61,078 bases of DNA, taken from contig DATDVE010000019.1 of assembly GCA_036517655.1 (NCBI GenBank), positions 1-61,078 on the forward strand, in the 5' to 3' direction. Origin of the DNA: Minisyncoccota bacterium (GTDB lineage Bacteria > Patescibacteriota > Minisyncoccia > Phycocordibacterales > DATDSR01). This document shows positions 9,301 to 16,539 of the stretch, piece after piece. Each line of letters starts with the position of its first letter. The stretch's first letter is position 1. The translations under genes and the position numbers were made by a program. Below the pieces are notes generated by a model. It was not told the origin of the DNA and did not search any database. It saw nothing but the letters and a program-made list of their open reading frames with translations.

Positions 9301-9423
9301 AGCTGTGACATACTCGGTGGTCCAGAAACTTGCTCCTACGGACCAGAGGGCCATGGAAAAGACCAGGGCTAGATGGGTTATTTTTCCCACTGTGCTCTTG
9401 CCTACGTTAAATTTGTCGTACAT
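6325..9423 (-). CDS. Giant surface protein with thrombospondin type-3 repeats, Ig-like domains and a PG-binding-like C-terminal module
   Basis: 1032 aa with an N-terminal anchor/signal. It has a C-x-DG-x-DND-x-DG motif and a DUF5011-like Ig domain (PVITLIGADP..TYTITYDVSDSDG). Twelve NCPxxxNxxQxDxDGDGxGDxCD units and a Gly-rich linker precede the shared C-terminal module. Confidence 0.85.
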   Translation of the reverse strand: MYDKFNVGKSTVGKITHLALVFSMALWSVGASFWTTEYVTAAGAPVREASVTISPTIVDADSEVEFTVTFTNAASSTDEMKAIRLNLPAGFTLTSGLSSLSFSDAEDAGKWDLDDFGEPGVLEASLNTGSDGIDAGDSISFIFTATVASTGGTFTFIAEANKNNSFKTGGGASFLQDGDETIDVEIVVNPPSTETGGLCTDGADNDTDGDTDFDDSDCEPYKPTITINKTVDNTDGGTSSADSFTFTITAADGTHSDVVSDQTVAIAGLGSYTIVEDNPGTYAVSYADDCDTGTLVLDQDIICAVTNDDNAAPVITLIGADPIVLETDDTFSDPGATATDEEDGDLTSSIVVGGDTVTNAEGTYTITYDVSDSDGLAATQVTRTVIVTSDTDLDDDGVLNDADNCPTIDNPGQEDIDGDGLGDVCDPDKDGDTLLNDDETVTDPSDPDTDDDTVRDDTDNCPINSNPDQTDTDGDGIGDECDTDDDNDTILDDADNCPVNANTDQANNDGDTMGDTCDDDDDNDGDLDTTDNCPFVANPEQTDTDGDGLGDACDPDDDNDTVLDTPDNCPLIANLDQTDTDGDGLGDVCDDDDDNDDDLDTADNCPLIVNADQTDTDGDGAGDACDGDDDNDTVLDTPDNCPLVANIDQLDTDGDGIGNACDTDDDNDDDLDDADNCPLVSNPGQEDIDGNGVGDACDDGDADDDTVPDETDNCPLIANLDQADLDDDGIGDACDPDKDGDTVLNGVDNCPINANSNQANMNEDAEGDVCDDTDSDTILDSTDNCPLVENTDQLNTDGDAMGDACDDDDDNDGDADTADNCPLIPNEDQADKDSDGIGDACDPTDNTPAPVTPPASSGGGGGGGQIVGSSPTAPQTGPSGSVLGAYISVGSPSTGSGQVAVGPVGAGQVLGVSTDSSGNTQTCLARFSEYAMRGRNTAGNETITNLQSFLNEYQSANLPMTGFYGPLTISQVNTFQTTNATDVLTPWNLNGPTGHFYMTTRRKANIEYCRLRGITLDIPMFTPEQLIPWSSR
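6897..8245 (-). repeat. Tandem in-frame array of 12 TSP3-type Ca-binding repeats (~108 nt each)
   Basis: Repeated NCP(L/I)..N.DQ.DTDGDG.GDACD.DDDND units are visible in the translation. The shadow ORFs on the plus strand are artefacts of this array. Confidence 0.8.
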
Positions 9424-9488
9424 ATATATTTATAGCCATTAATTGCTTAATAAAAAAATCCTCCCTTTGATACAAACTACGAATATAA

Positions 9489-9517
9489 ATACTATCCCCT
9501 CTGGTGCCAGAGGTCAA
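9489..9517 (-). promoter_or_regulatory. Sigma70-like promoter of the surface-protein operon with an embedded 16-bp palindrome
   Basis: Minus strand reads TTGACC (9512-9517), 17 nt, TAGTAT (9489-9494). The palindrome CCTCTGGTGCCAGAGG (9498-9513) fills the spacer. Confidence 0.5.
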
Positions 9518-9561
9518 GCAGTATAACGAGGCGGTTATAAATATGTGACTGATTAGTATAA

Positions 9562-10341
9562 CTACTCCAGTGCAAGCAGGATCGCCATCAGGGCGAAGCC
9601 TGTGATGATTGCGATTAATTGAATTAGAGATTTGCGGGCACTACTTGTTTTTTGTAATTCTGGCACTAAGTCAGAGGCGGCTATGTAGAGGAAGCCGCCG
9701 GCGGTTATAGGTAGGATAAGTTCTATCAAGCCCTCACTGTTGCCCTTCAAGGCCACGACAATAAGAAGGCCGGCGAATGAGGCAAGGGCAGAGAGGAAGT
9801 TGAGAAAGAGCGCTCTTGCTCGCGAGAAGCCGACGTGCAGGAGTAACCCAAAATCCCCGATTTCCTGCGGGATCTCGTGGAGTATCACAGCAATCGTTGT
9901 AGCGATGCCAACTTCGGTGCTCACTAGATACGCACCACCAATCACGATGCCATCTATTAGGTTGTGCAAGCCGTCAGAGATAATGTTCATGTAGCCGATG
10001 TGCTGATTGGCATGACCGGAGTCAATCTCCACGCCCACTTCATGCACTTCGCCCTCGTGGCCGTGGTGCCAGCGCAGGAACTTCTCAAGAACGAAAAAGA
10101 TTAAAAAGCCCACGAAGATAAGTGAGGTGATCTTGGGCGTCACCTCTAATTCTGGCAGAATATGCAGGAAGACGTCACCCAAGAGTGCTCCCACAGAGAG
10201 GCTAATTAGGGCAAACAAGACCTTGCGCAACCTGATTACGTTGAGAGAAATGGTGAAGAGGCCAACGAGGGATATGAGGCTAACTATTAGTATGGATAGA
10301 GCGGCTAGCCAGAGCATGCCACTATGATATACTAAATTCAT
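9562..10341 (-). CDS. ZIP-family divalent metal transporter
   Basis: Multi-TM protein with a His-rich loop (HHGHEGEVHEVG) and the ZIP signature HEIPQEIGDFGLLL. Confidence 0.85.
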   Translation of the reverse strand: MNLVYHSGMLWLAALSILIVSLISLVGLFTISLNVIRLRKVLFALISLSVGALLGDVFLHILPELEVTPKITSLIFVGFLIFFVLEKFLRWHHGHEGEVHEVGVEIDSGHANQHIGYMNIISDGLHNLIDGIVIGGAYLVSTEVGIATTIAVILHEIPQEIGDFGLLLHVGFSRARALFLNFLSALASFAGLLIVVALKGNSEGLIELILPITAGGFLYIAASDLVPELQKTSSARKSLIQLIAIITGFALMAILLALE

Positions 10342-10353
10342 AGCAATAAAAAT

Positions 10354-10371
10354 AACGGGATGGGTCCCGTT
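10354..10371 (-). promoter_or_regulatory. Terminator-like hairpin in the ZIP transporter leader
   Basis: Minus strand reads AACGGGA-CCCA-TCCCGTT followed by ATTTTTATTGCT, then the ATG 12 nt downstream. Confidence 0.3.
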
Positions 10372-10442
10372 AGAAATTAAGTCGCGGGGTCATACATAAT
10401 ATTAAGTAGACAGTATGGTTTATTATTTAAATTTCTAATGGG

Positions 10443-11186
10443 ATGGAGACACAAAATCAAAACGAGAATAGCTCCGCGCCAGAATCCAAGTTGTCTGTAC
10501 CCGCGGCAATAATCGTGGCCGGCGTCATCGTCGCCCTTGCGCTCATTTATACAGGAGGCGGTAAGGGAAGCGGGTCGAATCCCGACCTTGCGGGCCAGAA
10601 GAATTCCGAGCAGAAGAAGCAGGCCGACAATGTTGTCCCGGTTAGCCCAGGCGAACACATATTGGGTAATCCAAATGCGCAAGTTATGGTCGTGGAATTC
10701 TCTGACATCGAGTGCCCATTCTGTAAACGCTTCCATGACACAATGCATCAAGTGATCGAAGAATACGGCAAGGATGGCAAGGTGGCTTGGGTCTATCGCC
10801 ACTTCCCTCTCCAGATCCACCCTAAGGCCACACCGGAAGCAGAAGCAACAGAGTGCGTTTGGGAACAAGGCGGAAATGAATTGTTTTGGAGCTATCTTGA
10901 CGCGCTATTCGCCGCGAGCCTCTCAAATAATCAGACCGATCCTGCTGTGCCCGCGCAAGTGGCTAAGACAATAGGCGTGGATATGGCAAAGTACAACGAG
11001 TGTACACGTACACGCAAGTACCAAGCAAAAGTTGTGGCGCAGATGGAGGACGGCTTCAATTCTGGAGTCACGGGTACACCATATAGTATTGTGATCGCCG
11101 CAAATGGCAAGAAATTCCCAATCAACGGAGCCCTGCCCATCGAGAGTGTGCGAACAGTGATCGAGCAAGCCCTTAAAGAAAAATAA
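10443..11186 (+). CDS. DsbA-family thiol:disulfide oxidoreductase, membrane-anchored
   Basis: Has an N-terminal TM segment. VVEFSDIECPFCKRFH contains the CPFC active site, followed by a DsbA-like helical insert. Confidence 0.85.
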   Translation: METQNQNENSSAPESKLSVPAAIIVAGVIVALALIYTGGGKGSGSNPDLAGQKNSEQKKQADNVVPVSPGEHILGNPNAQVMVVEFSDIECPFCKRFHDTMHQVIEEYGKDGKVAWVYRHFPLQIHPKATPEAEATECVWEQGGNELFWSYLDALFAASLSNNQTDPAVPAQVAKTIGVDMAKYNECTRTRKYQAKVVAQMEDGFNSGVTGTPYSIVIAANGKKFPINGALPIESVRTVIEQALKEK

Positions 11187-11187
11187 A

Positions 11188-11736
11188 ATGAGAGGCGGTA
11201 ACGGGAGAGTCGTAGCCCTTGCGATCGCCCTGGTTATAGTTGTCATTGCGCTCGTACTGCGATACTCACGCTCGGACACTGCATCTGTTGATACATACGT
11301 GGGCGGCGAACCACAACTCGGAGAAGCAGGGAGCGAGCACACACATATGAGTATGCTAGTGTTTGTCAGTGGCAAGTTACTCGATTTCTCGCAGCCGTTA
11401 TATCAACTGCAAAATGAGCTTGTGCACTTCGAGGACGCCGACGGTATCTTCATACACAAACACGCAACCGGGGTGACCCTTACTTATCTGTTCGAGAGTC
11501 TCGAGATGGAGCTAACTAGCGACTGCATCAGATTAAGGACCGGACTTGAGTACTGTAGTGACGGGAAGGCGAAATTGCAAACTTACCTAAACAAGGAAAA
11601 ATTTGGGGATTGGGACAAGTATGAATTGCGAGATGGTGATAAGATACTAATTGACTATGGCAACACCTCGGAATTTGATCACAAGCTCTTGCTCAATACC
11701 GTGCCAGATCTGACTCCAGAGTTACTAATAAACTGA
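11188..11736 (+). CDS. Hypothetical membrane-anchored protein
   Basis: 182-aa ORF starting 1 nt after the DsbA stop. It has an N-terminal TM (VVALAIALVIVVIALVL) and conserved His/Cys residues. No family named. Confidence 0.55.
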   Translation: MRGGNGRVVALAIALVIVVIALVLRYSRSDTASVDTYVGGEPQLGEAGSEHTHMSMLVFVSGKLLDFSQPLYQLQNELVHFEDADGIFIHKHATGVTLTYLFESLEMELTSDCIRLRTGLEYCSDGKAKLQTYLNKEKFGDWDKYELRDGDKILIDYGNTSEFDHKLLLNTVPDLTPELLIN

Positions 11737-11740
11737 CAGA

Positions 11741-12010
11741 ATGGACCAATATAACACCCAGATTCAGGATATCGCTCCATCCCTCGGACTTAATTTTGCC
11801 AACTTGGCGGCCAAACTTTCTGACAACCTGCTTTGGGGAGTGCTGGGTTTACTTGCAATAATCTTGGGCGCTACTACCGTTGTTCTCTACTATCACTGGA
11901 TGCGCTACGGCTTCGGGGACAGAATGGTTATCTTTGCGCAGGTGCTCTATACGGTTGTTCTTATCTCTGGCTTTGCTGTGATGATTGGTTCAGTCAACTA
12001 TTATGGCTAG
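11741..12010 (+). CDS. Small two-TM membrane protein
   Basis: 89-aa ORF with two hydrophobic helices, tightly packed in the operon. Confidence 0.5.
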   Translation: MDQYNTQIQDIAPSLGLNFANLAAKLSDNLLWGVLGLLAIILGATTVVLYYHWMRYGFGDRMVIFAQVLYTVVLISGFAVMIGSVNYYG

Positions 12011-12569
12011 GTTACCGCTTGAACCGGGGGAGAAGATTCTTCTTACCTGTCATAGGCACTGGATCGTCTACTTTATAGATGCAATTGTGCTCTTCATATT
12101 ATTCCTACTGCCCTATCTGATATTCCGATTTCTTGGACTTAGCGAGGGCATTGATCCTGCGGAGAGAGAGTACCACATAGCAGTTTTTGCATATACTGCG
12201 TGGTTCATCTTGCTCTGGACATACTTCTTCATCGTTTGGACGAACGCATATCTCGACGCTTGGATTGTCACTGATAGACGCATTATAGATATAGAACAAC
12301 AGAGCCTCTTCCACAGATCAGTGAGCGATTTTCGCATAGAGAAAATTCAGAACATTATGGTCAAGGAAACTGGCTTCATAGCCAACATGTTAGGTTACGG
12401 CACGATTATTGTAGAAACAGCTGGCGAACGCATTATTCTCGAGTTCGACAATATCCCCAAGCCATACAAAGTACGTGACTTAATATCAGAGTGCCACGAT
12501 AAATGCCTAGCTAAACTCGCAAATAGTGGTATATCCCCAGACGCAAGAGACATCATCCTCGAACACTAA
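12003..12569 (+). CDS. Bacterial PH-domain (bPH_2, YdbT/YdbS-like) membrane protein
   Basis: Start MARLPLEPGEKILLTCHRHW, then two TM helices and a PH-like domain. ATG 12003 overlaps the upstream stop (ATGGCTAG). Confidence 0.65.
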   Translation: MARLPLEPGEKILLTCHRHWIVYFIDAIVLFILFLLPYLIFRFLGLSEGIDPAEREYHIAVFAYTAWFILLWTYFFIVWTNAYLDAWIVTDRRIIDIEQQSLFHRSVSDFRIEKIQNIMVKETGFIANMLGYGTIIVETAGERIILEFDNIPKPYKVRDLISECHDKCLAKLANSGISPDARDIILEH

Positions 12570-12627
12570 AATCCCAGGCGGTATAATAAAAACTAACGCG
12601 CGGTGCCCACCCGGGGCCCTTCGTGCG

Positions 12628-12855
12628 TTATTGTGCACCCTCATCTTCGTCAGGATCGTAGCCAGGTCCCTGGAGACCCTTGTCGATCTTATTTCCAACT
12701 TCGACAAGTGCCCAGAGAATGAGACCGAGCGGATTGGTGGGATCTAGAAGAGCCCTTTCAAACCTTGCATTCTTTTTATTCTCGACCTTTATCCTCCGTT
12801 TTGTCTGGCCACGCCCCTTGGGAGACGGTTTTCGCTGCTGAGTCCTTTTCGCCAT
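12628..12855 (-). CDS. Hypothetical 75-aa basic protein (GC-rich island C)
   Basis: ORF with an AGGAG SD 9 nt upstream, in a GC-rich patch. No family recognised. Confidence 0.4.
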   Translation of the reverse strand: MAKRTQQRKPSPKGRGQTKRRIKVENKKNARFERALLDPTNPLGLILWALVEVGNKIDKGLQGPGYDPDEDEGAQ

Positions 12856-12947
12856 GGTGTCTTCTCCTAGGTGAAGTTACAGCACAAACATACTCAAAAG
12901 ATCCAGGGGGCTACATTTGCCTTAGCCACGCGTAATTCGGAACTGGT

Positions 12948-12987
12948 TCCTGAAGGCTTAACCTGCGCTAAGGTTAAGCATTCGAGG
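12948..12987. repeat. Imperfect 40-bp palindrome, copy 2 of the 4105..4144 family
   Basis: TCCTGAAGGCTTAACCTGCGCTAAGGTTAAGCATTCGAGG. It lies 19 nt beyond the stop of 13007..13261. Confidence 0.75.
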
Positions 12988-13006
12988 AATACCAAAAATG
13001 ATTCAT

Positions 13007-13261
13007 TTAGACAGCGACCCAATTAGCAGCTACGGGAAGCCTAACGGGTGTGTTTTTACTTGAGTTGTGTTTGCTAAAGTTAAGGATCGTCAGTCCCCTA
13101 ACTAGCCCCGTTCGAGAGTCCGTACGTAAGAGAACATCATCGGAGGTCTCTGCTACATTATCTCTGGGAGAGGGCTTCCCTTGAGATAGGTACAGCACAT
13201 CGGCTTCTTTGTCGAAAAGATAGTACAAATTTATTTTTCCTTTTTTCACTTTTTTAGGCAT
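13007..13261 (-). CDS. DUF2283-family small protein (putative antitoxin)
   Basis: YLFDKEADVLYLSQGKP...TGLVRGLTILNFSK matches the DUF2283 pattern. It starts 2 nt after the upstream gene. Confidence 0.6.
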   Translation of the reverse strand: MPKKVKKGKINLYYLFDKEADVLYLSQGKPSPRDNVAETSDDVLLRTDSRTGLVRGLTILNFSKHNSSKNTPVRLPVAANWVAV

Positions 13262-13263
13262 AT

Positions 13264-13533
13264 TTAGAGTATACGACTTGTAACGTAGGCCGTCAATACG
13301 AAATGCCTCGCATTAACCTTGACTACTATTGCCAACCATTTTCCCCTCGGAAGGCTGCGGTAGAAAATCATAACTGATGCGTCATATTTCGATGGTTTTA
13401 TGTGGTCCGGTTTACCTAACGCATCCTCGAATTTATCCAGATAGACATTCACTTCTGGATGAAAATCTAGAACATGCCGAAGTCTTTCATCGGTTAATTC
13501 AATTTGACCAAATACTGATTGGTAGCGCTGCAT
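13264..13533 (-). CDS. Small toxin-like protein (DUF4258/BECR-fold-like, tentative)
   Basis: 89 aa. IELTDERLRHVLDFHPEV...LAIVVKVNARHFVLTAYV follows the usual pattern of toxins paired with DUF2283. Confidence 0.45.
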   Translation of the reverse strand: MQRYQSVFGQIELTDERLRHVLDFHPEVNVYLDKFEDALGKPDHIKPSKYDASVMIFYRSLPRGKWLAIVVKVNARHFVLTAYVTSRIL

Positions 13534-13537
13534 AATT

Positions 13538-14812
13538 CTAGTAGCCGACGAGGCGTTTGGTTTTTTTGTGGGTTCGGATTTTCTCGTGGGCTTTGGCTTC
13601 TATTTGGCGGATACGCTCTCTTGTAACAGCAAATTGTTTGCCTACTTCCTCAAGTGTTCTTTGCACACCGTCTTTTAGACCGTGGCGCAGTTCTAGAATC
13701 TCGCGCTCTTTGGGCGATAAGTCACCCAGTATTTCTCTGATCTGGTCTTGAAGTATTCTTTGTGAGGCGTTGTAGTCGGGCGCAGCAATTTTCTCATCGG
13801 CAATGAATTCACCCAGCACAGATTTGCCATCATCGTCATCCCCCACCGGCTTCTCGAGCGAGATAGTCGATTGGTCTATTGATTCAATGTGATGCACTTT
13901 CTCTACGTCTACACCCATCTCGGTAGCTATCTCGCCTGGTAGTGGATCACGCCCAAGATCTTGGCTAAGTCTGCGCACTACTTGCTTGTACTTAGCAATT
14001 GTTTCTACCATGTGCACCGGTATGCGAATAGTTCTGGATTGATCAGCAATGGCGCGGGTGATAGCTTGTCTGATCCACCACGTGGCATAAGTCGAGAACT
14101 TGTAGCCTTTGCTCCAATCAAATTTCTCTACTGCTTTAAACAGGCCGATATTGCCCTCCTGAATTAGATCCAGAAGTGTTAAGTCAGACGAGCGGCCCAT
14201 GTACTTTTTTGCAATCGAGACAACTAAGCGCAAATTTGCTTTAGCAAGTTCATTCTTGGCTTCTTCGTCACCAAGAGCAATGCGTTTGGCAAATTCTTTC
14301 TCCTCGGCAGCCGTGATCAGTCTATATCTGCCTATTTCTTTGAGATACATCTGCACAGAATCGTAATCGGGAGTATCGAGGTCTAATTTATGCTTACCGG
14401 GTTCGCCAGATTCCTCGAACTCAAGCAGTCCGCCGCCCTCCAACACATCAATCCCACGCTCGTTGAGACGCTCGTATAGCTCGTCGAGGAAGAGAATGTC
14501 ATCTTCAATCTTGGGGAACTCTTTCAAAATTTCGCCGTAGGTCACGAATCCCCTTTTCTTTCCACGATCTATGAGCGCCTCGGCCTTCTTCTCCAGGTGG
14601 GCCTTGCGCTTCGGGATCGTCCGCACTGGCTTCACTACTACAGCAGCTTTCTTCACTGCCTTCTTTTCTTTCTTTGCCCTCTTTTCTCCCTTTACTGATT
14701 TTGATTTCTTTGCGCGCAATTTTCTAACCCCCCCATTTTTCCGGGTCGGCGTAGCACTTTTCTTGGCCACTTTCCTCTTCGCAACCTTCTTTTTCGCCTT
14801 CTTCATTTTCAT
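13538..14812 (-). CDS. rpoD: RNA polymerase primary sigma factor
   Basis: Regions 1.2 to 4 are recognisable ([52 protein letters not shown]). It has a Lys-rich N-terminal tail. Confidence 0.95.
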   Translation of the reverse strand: MKMKKAKKKVAKRKVAKKSATPTRKNGGVRKLRAKKSKSVKGEKRAKKEKKAVKKAAVVVKPVRTIPKRKAHLEKKAEALIDRGKKRGFVTYGEILKEFPKIEDDILFLDELYERLNERGIDVLEGGGLLEFEESGEPGKHKLDLDTPDYDSVQMYLKEIGRYRLITAAEEKEFAKRIALGDEEAKNELAKANLRLVVSIAKKYMGRSSDLTLLDLIQEGNIGLFKAVEKFDWSKGYKFSTYATWWIRQAITRAIADQSRTIRIPVHMVETIAKYKQVVRRLSQDLGRDPLPGEIATEMGVDVEKVHHIESIDQSTISLEKPVGDDDDGKSVLGEFIADEKIAAPDYNASQRILQDQIREILGDLSPKEREILELRHGLKDGVQRTLEEVGKQFAVTRERIRQIEAKAHEKIRTHKKTKRLVGY

Positions 14813-16536
14813 TTGGATTGGGGGGTTAGTTTTTTACTAATTTCTTGGCACTTGTTGAGGCAATCCCTTATCTCGTCCTCGTCGCCATTAATCTCCGCCC
14901 GGCGCAATTTCTCCATAGCTTCTGCGAATTCTGCCTTGTACACTTCTTGTGATAAACGTGACAGAAGAGTTTTCGTTTCTTCCTCAAGGTTAAAGGAGAT
15001 TGGGTAGTACAGTTCCGCTTCGAAGAGCAAGCTCTCAATATCGTCACTTATCATACTCACATCAAGCAGATCCGACAACTTTTTCTCTAATATTTTAGAT
15101 TCCTCCGGATTCTTGCGGCTCTTATACAAGGCAGCTATGCCAAGAAGACGCCTACCGACCATTATTACGCTACTACTAATTCTCGCATCTTTTTGTTCAC
15201 CTCGAGATCGAGACGAGTCTTCTCGCTGGTCTTGTGCGGAACCTCCAGATTTGCGCCATTTATCATAATCACTCTTAGCCGCTTCGAGTGAGACACCTAG
15301 GACCTGGGAAATTTTTTGCATTACCTTGTCCTTCTCAATTTCATTATACATATCAGATAGATGGGGATACAGGTAGGTGTGCAGAGCCTCTTGAATTTTC
15401 CTGCTATCCTTCCCGCTCTCCCCCATGCGGGCAGATATCATCTCCAGTGCAAAATCGGTGAACGGCTTCTCCTTCTCTAGCGTATTTCGCCACAACTCTG
15501 GATTCTTTTGGATAAGCGAGGCCGGGTCCTCACCCTCTGGTAAAGTAATCGCAGAGACAAACATGTCCCGCGAGAGCGCTAATCTCACAGCTTTCTCTGA
15601 TGCCCTGAAGCCTGCCTCATCAGCGTCAAGCAAGATAGTAAGATTGTTAGACAAACGAGTGAGAATATCTAGATGGAGAGGAGTAAGTGCTGTGCCGGAG
15701 ACGCCTACACAGTTTGTTGTACCAATCTGATGGGCCATGATCACATCTATCTGGCCTTCTACCAATATCGTTTTGTCGCGTTCTCTGATCGAGTTTTTTG
15801 CCTGGTTGAGGCCGTAGAAAACTCTAGACTTGTGGAATAGCAGAGTCTCTGGCGAATTTATATACTTGCCTTGATTATCATCCGTAGCTCCCGGAAGTAC
15901 ACGCGCCGAGAAACCAATGGGGCGGCCAGAATAATCAAAGAACGGAAACATTAATCTGCCTCTAAATCTGTCGTAGTAACCCTTGTCAGATTTGACCAAG
16001 AGACCTGCTTTTTCTGCGTCTATTTCTGAATAGCCCTTTGCTCTTAAGTGCATGGCAAGATTCCTCCAGCCCGCAGGGGCAAATCCTATCTTGAAGCTTT
16101 CTATCATTGCCCCGTCAATACCGCGCTCCTTGATATACTTTTTTGCCACTTCGCTTTTGGCAAATTCGCTCTGGTAGTAACTTACTGCCTGATTCATGGT
16201 TTCTCTAAGTCGTCCTTGGGACAAGTTCTGGCCCGAAAATTGACTGGACAGAGTCACCCCAGCTTTCTCGGCGAGCAACTTGAGAGCCTCTTTGAATTCC
16301 ACATTCTCAATCTCCTCCACGAAGGTAAATATGTCTCCTCCTTTGCCACAACCGAAACAGTGGAATGACCCCCTATCAGGAGACACGAAAAATGATGGAG
16401 TACGCTCGTTATGGAACGGACATCTTGCCCTGTAATTCTGCCCCGCTTTTTCTAGTTTGACGTATGAAGAAACCACGTCTTTAATTGAGAGTCTCTGTTT
16501 TATCTCGTCTATGGGAGACTCGGCGCTCGTTGACAT
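14809..16536 (-). CDS. dnaG: DNA primase
   Basis: Zinc ribbon [30 protein letters not shown] plus a TOPRIM domain (ILVEGQIDV). The stop overlaps the rpoD start (ATGA). Confidence 0.95.
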   Translation of the reverse strand: MSTSAESPIDEIKQRLSIKDVVSSYVKLEKAGQNYRARCPFHNERTPSFFVSPDRGSFHCFGCGKGGDIFTFVEEIENVEFKEALKLLAEKAGVTLSSQFSGQNLSQGRLRETMNQAVSYYQSEFAKSEVAKKYIKERGIDGAMIESFKIGFAPAGWRNLAMHLRAKGYSEIDAEKAGLLVKSDKGYYDRFRGRLMFPFFDYSGRPIGFSARVLPGATDDNQGKYINSPETLLFHKSRVFYGLNQAKNSIRERDKTILVEGQIDVIMAHQIGTTNCVGVSGTALTPLHLDILTRLSNNLTILLDADEAGFRASEKAVRLALSRDMFVSAITLPEGEDPASLIQKNPELWRNTLEKEKPFTDFALEMISARMGESGKDSRKIQEALHTYLYPHLSDMYNEIEKDKVMQKISQVLGVSLEAAKSDYDKWRKSGGSAQDQREDSSRSRGEQKDARISSSVIMVGRRLLGIAALYKSRKNPEESKILEKKLSDLLDVSMISDDIESLLFEAELYYPISFNLEEETKTLLSRLSQEVYKAEFAEAMEKLRRAEINGDEDEIRDCLNKCQEISKKLTPQSK

Positions 16537-16539
16537 CTC

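Noticed and set aside
7154-9442. Long plus-strand ORFs (for example 7497..8036, 8663..9442) opposite the 1032-aa surface protein gene
   Set aside because: They are low-complexity (S/H/R/P-rich) shadow frames created by the GAY/TGY-rich TSP3 repeat array. The minus-strand frame has clear domain structure.
10377-10868. The 163-aa minus-strand ORF antisense to the DsbA gene
   Set aside because: It has no recognisable motifs and is Cys/Arg-rich. It overlaps a well-supported DsbA CDS and the divergent intergenic region.
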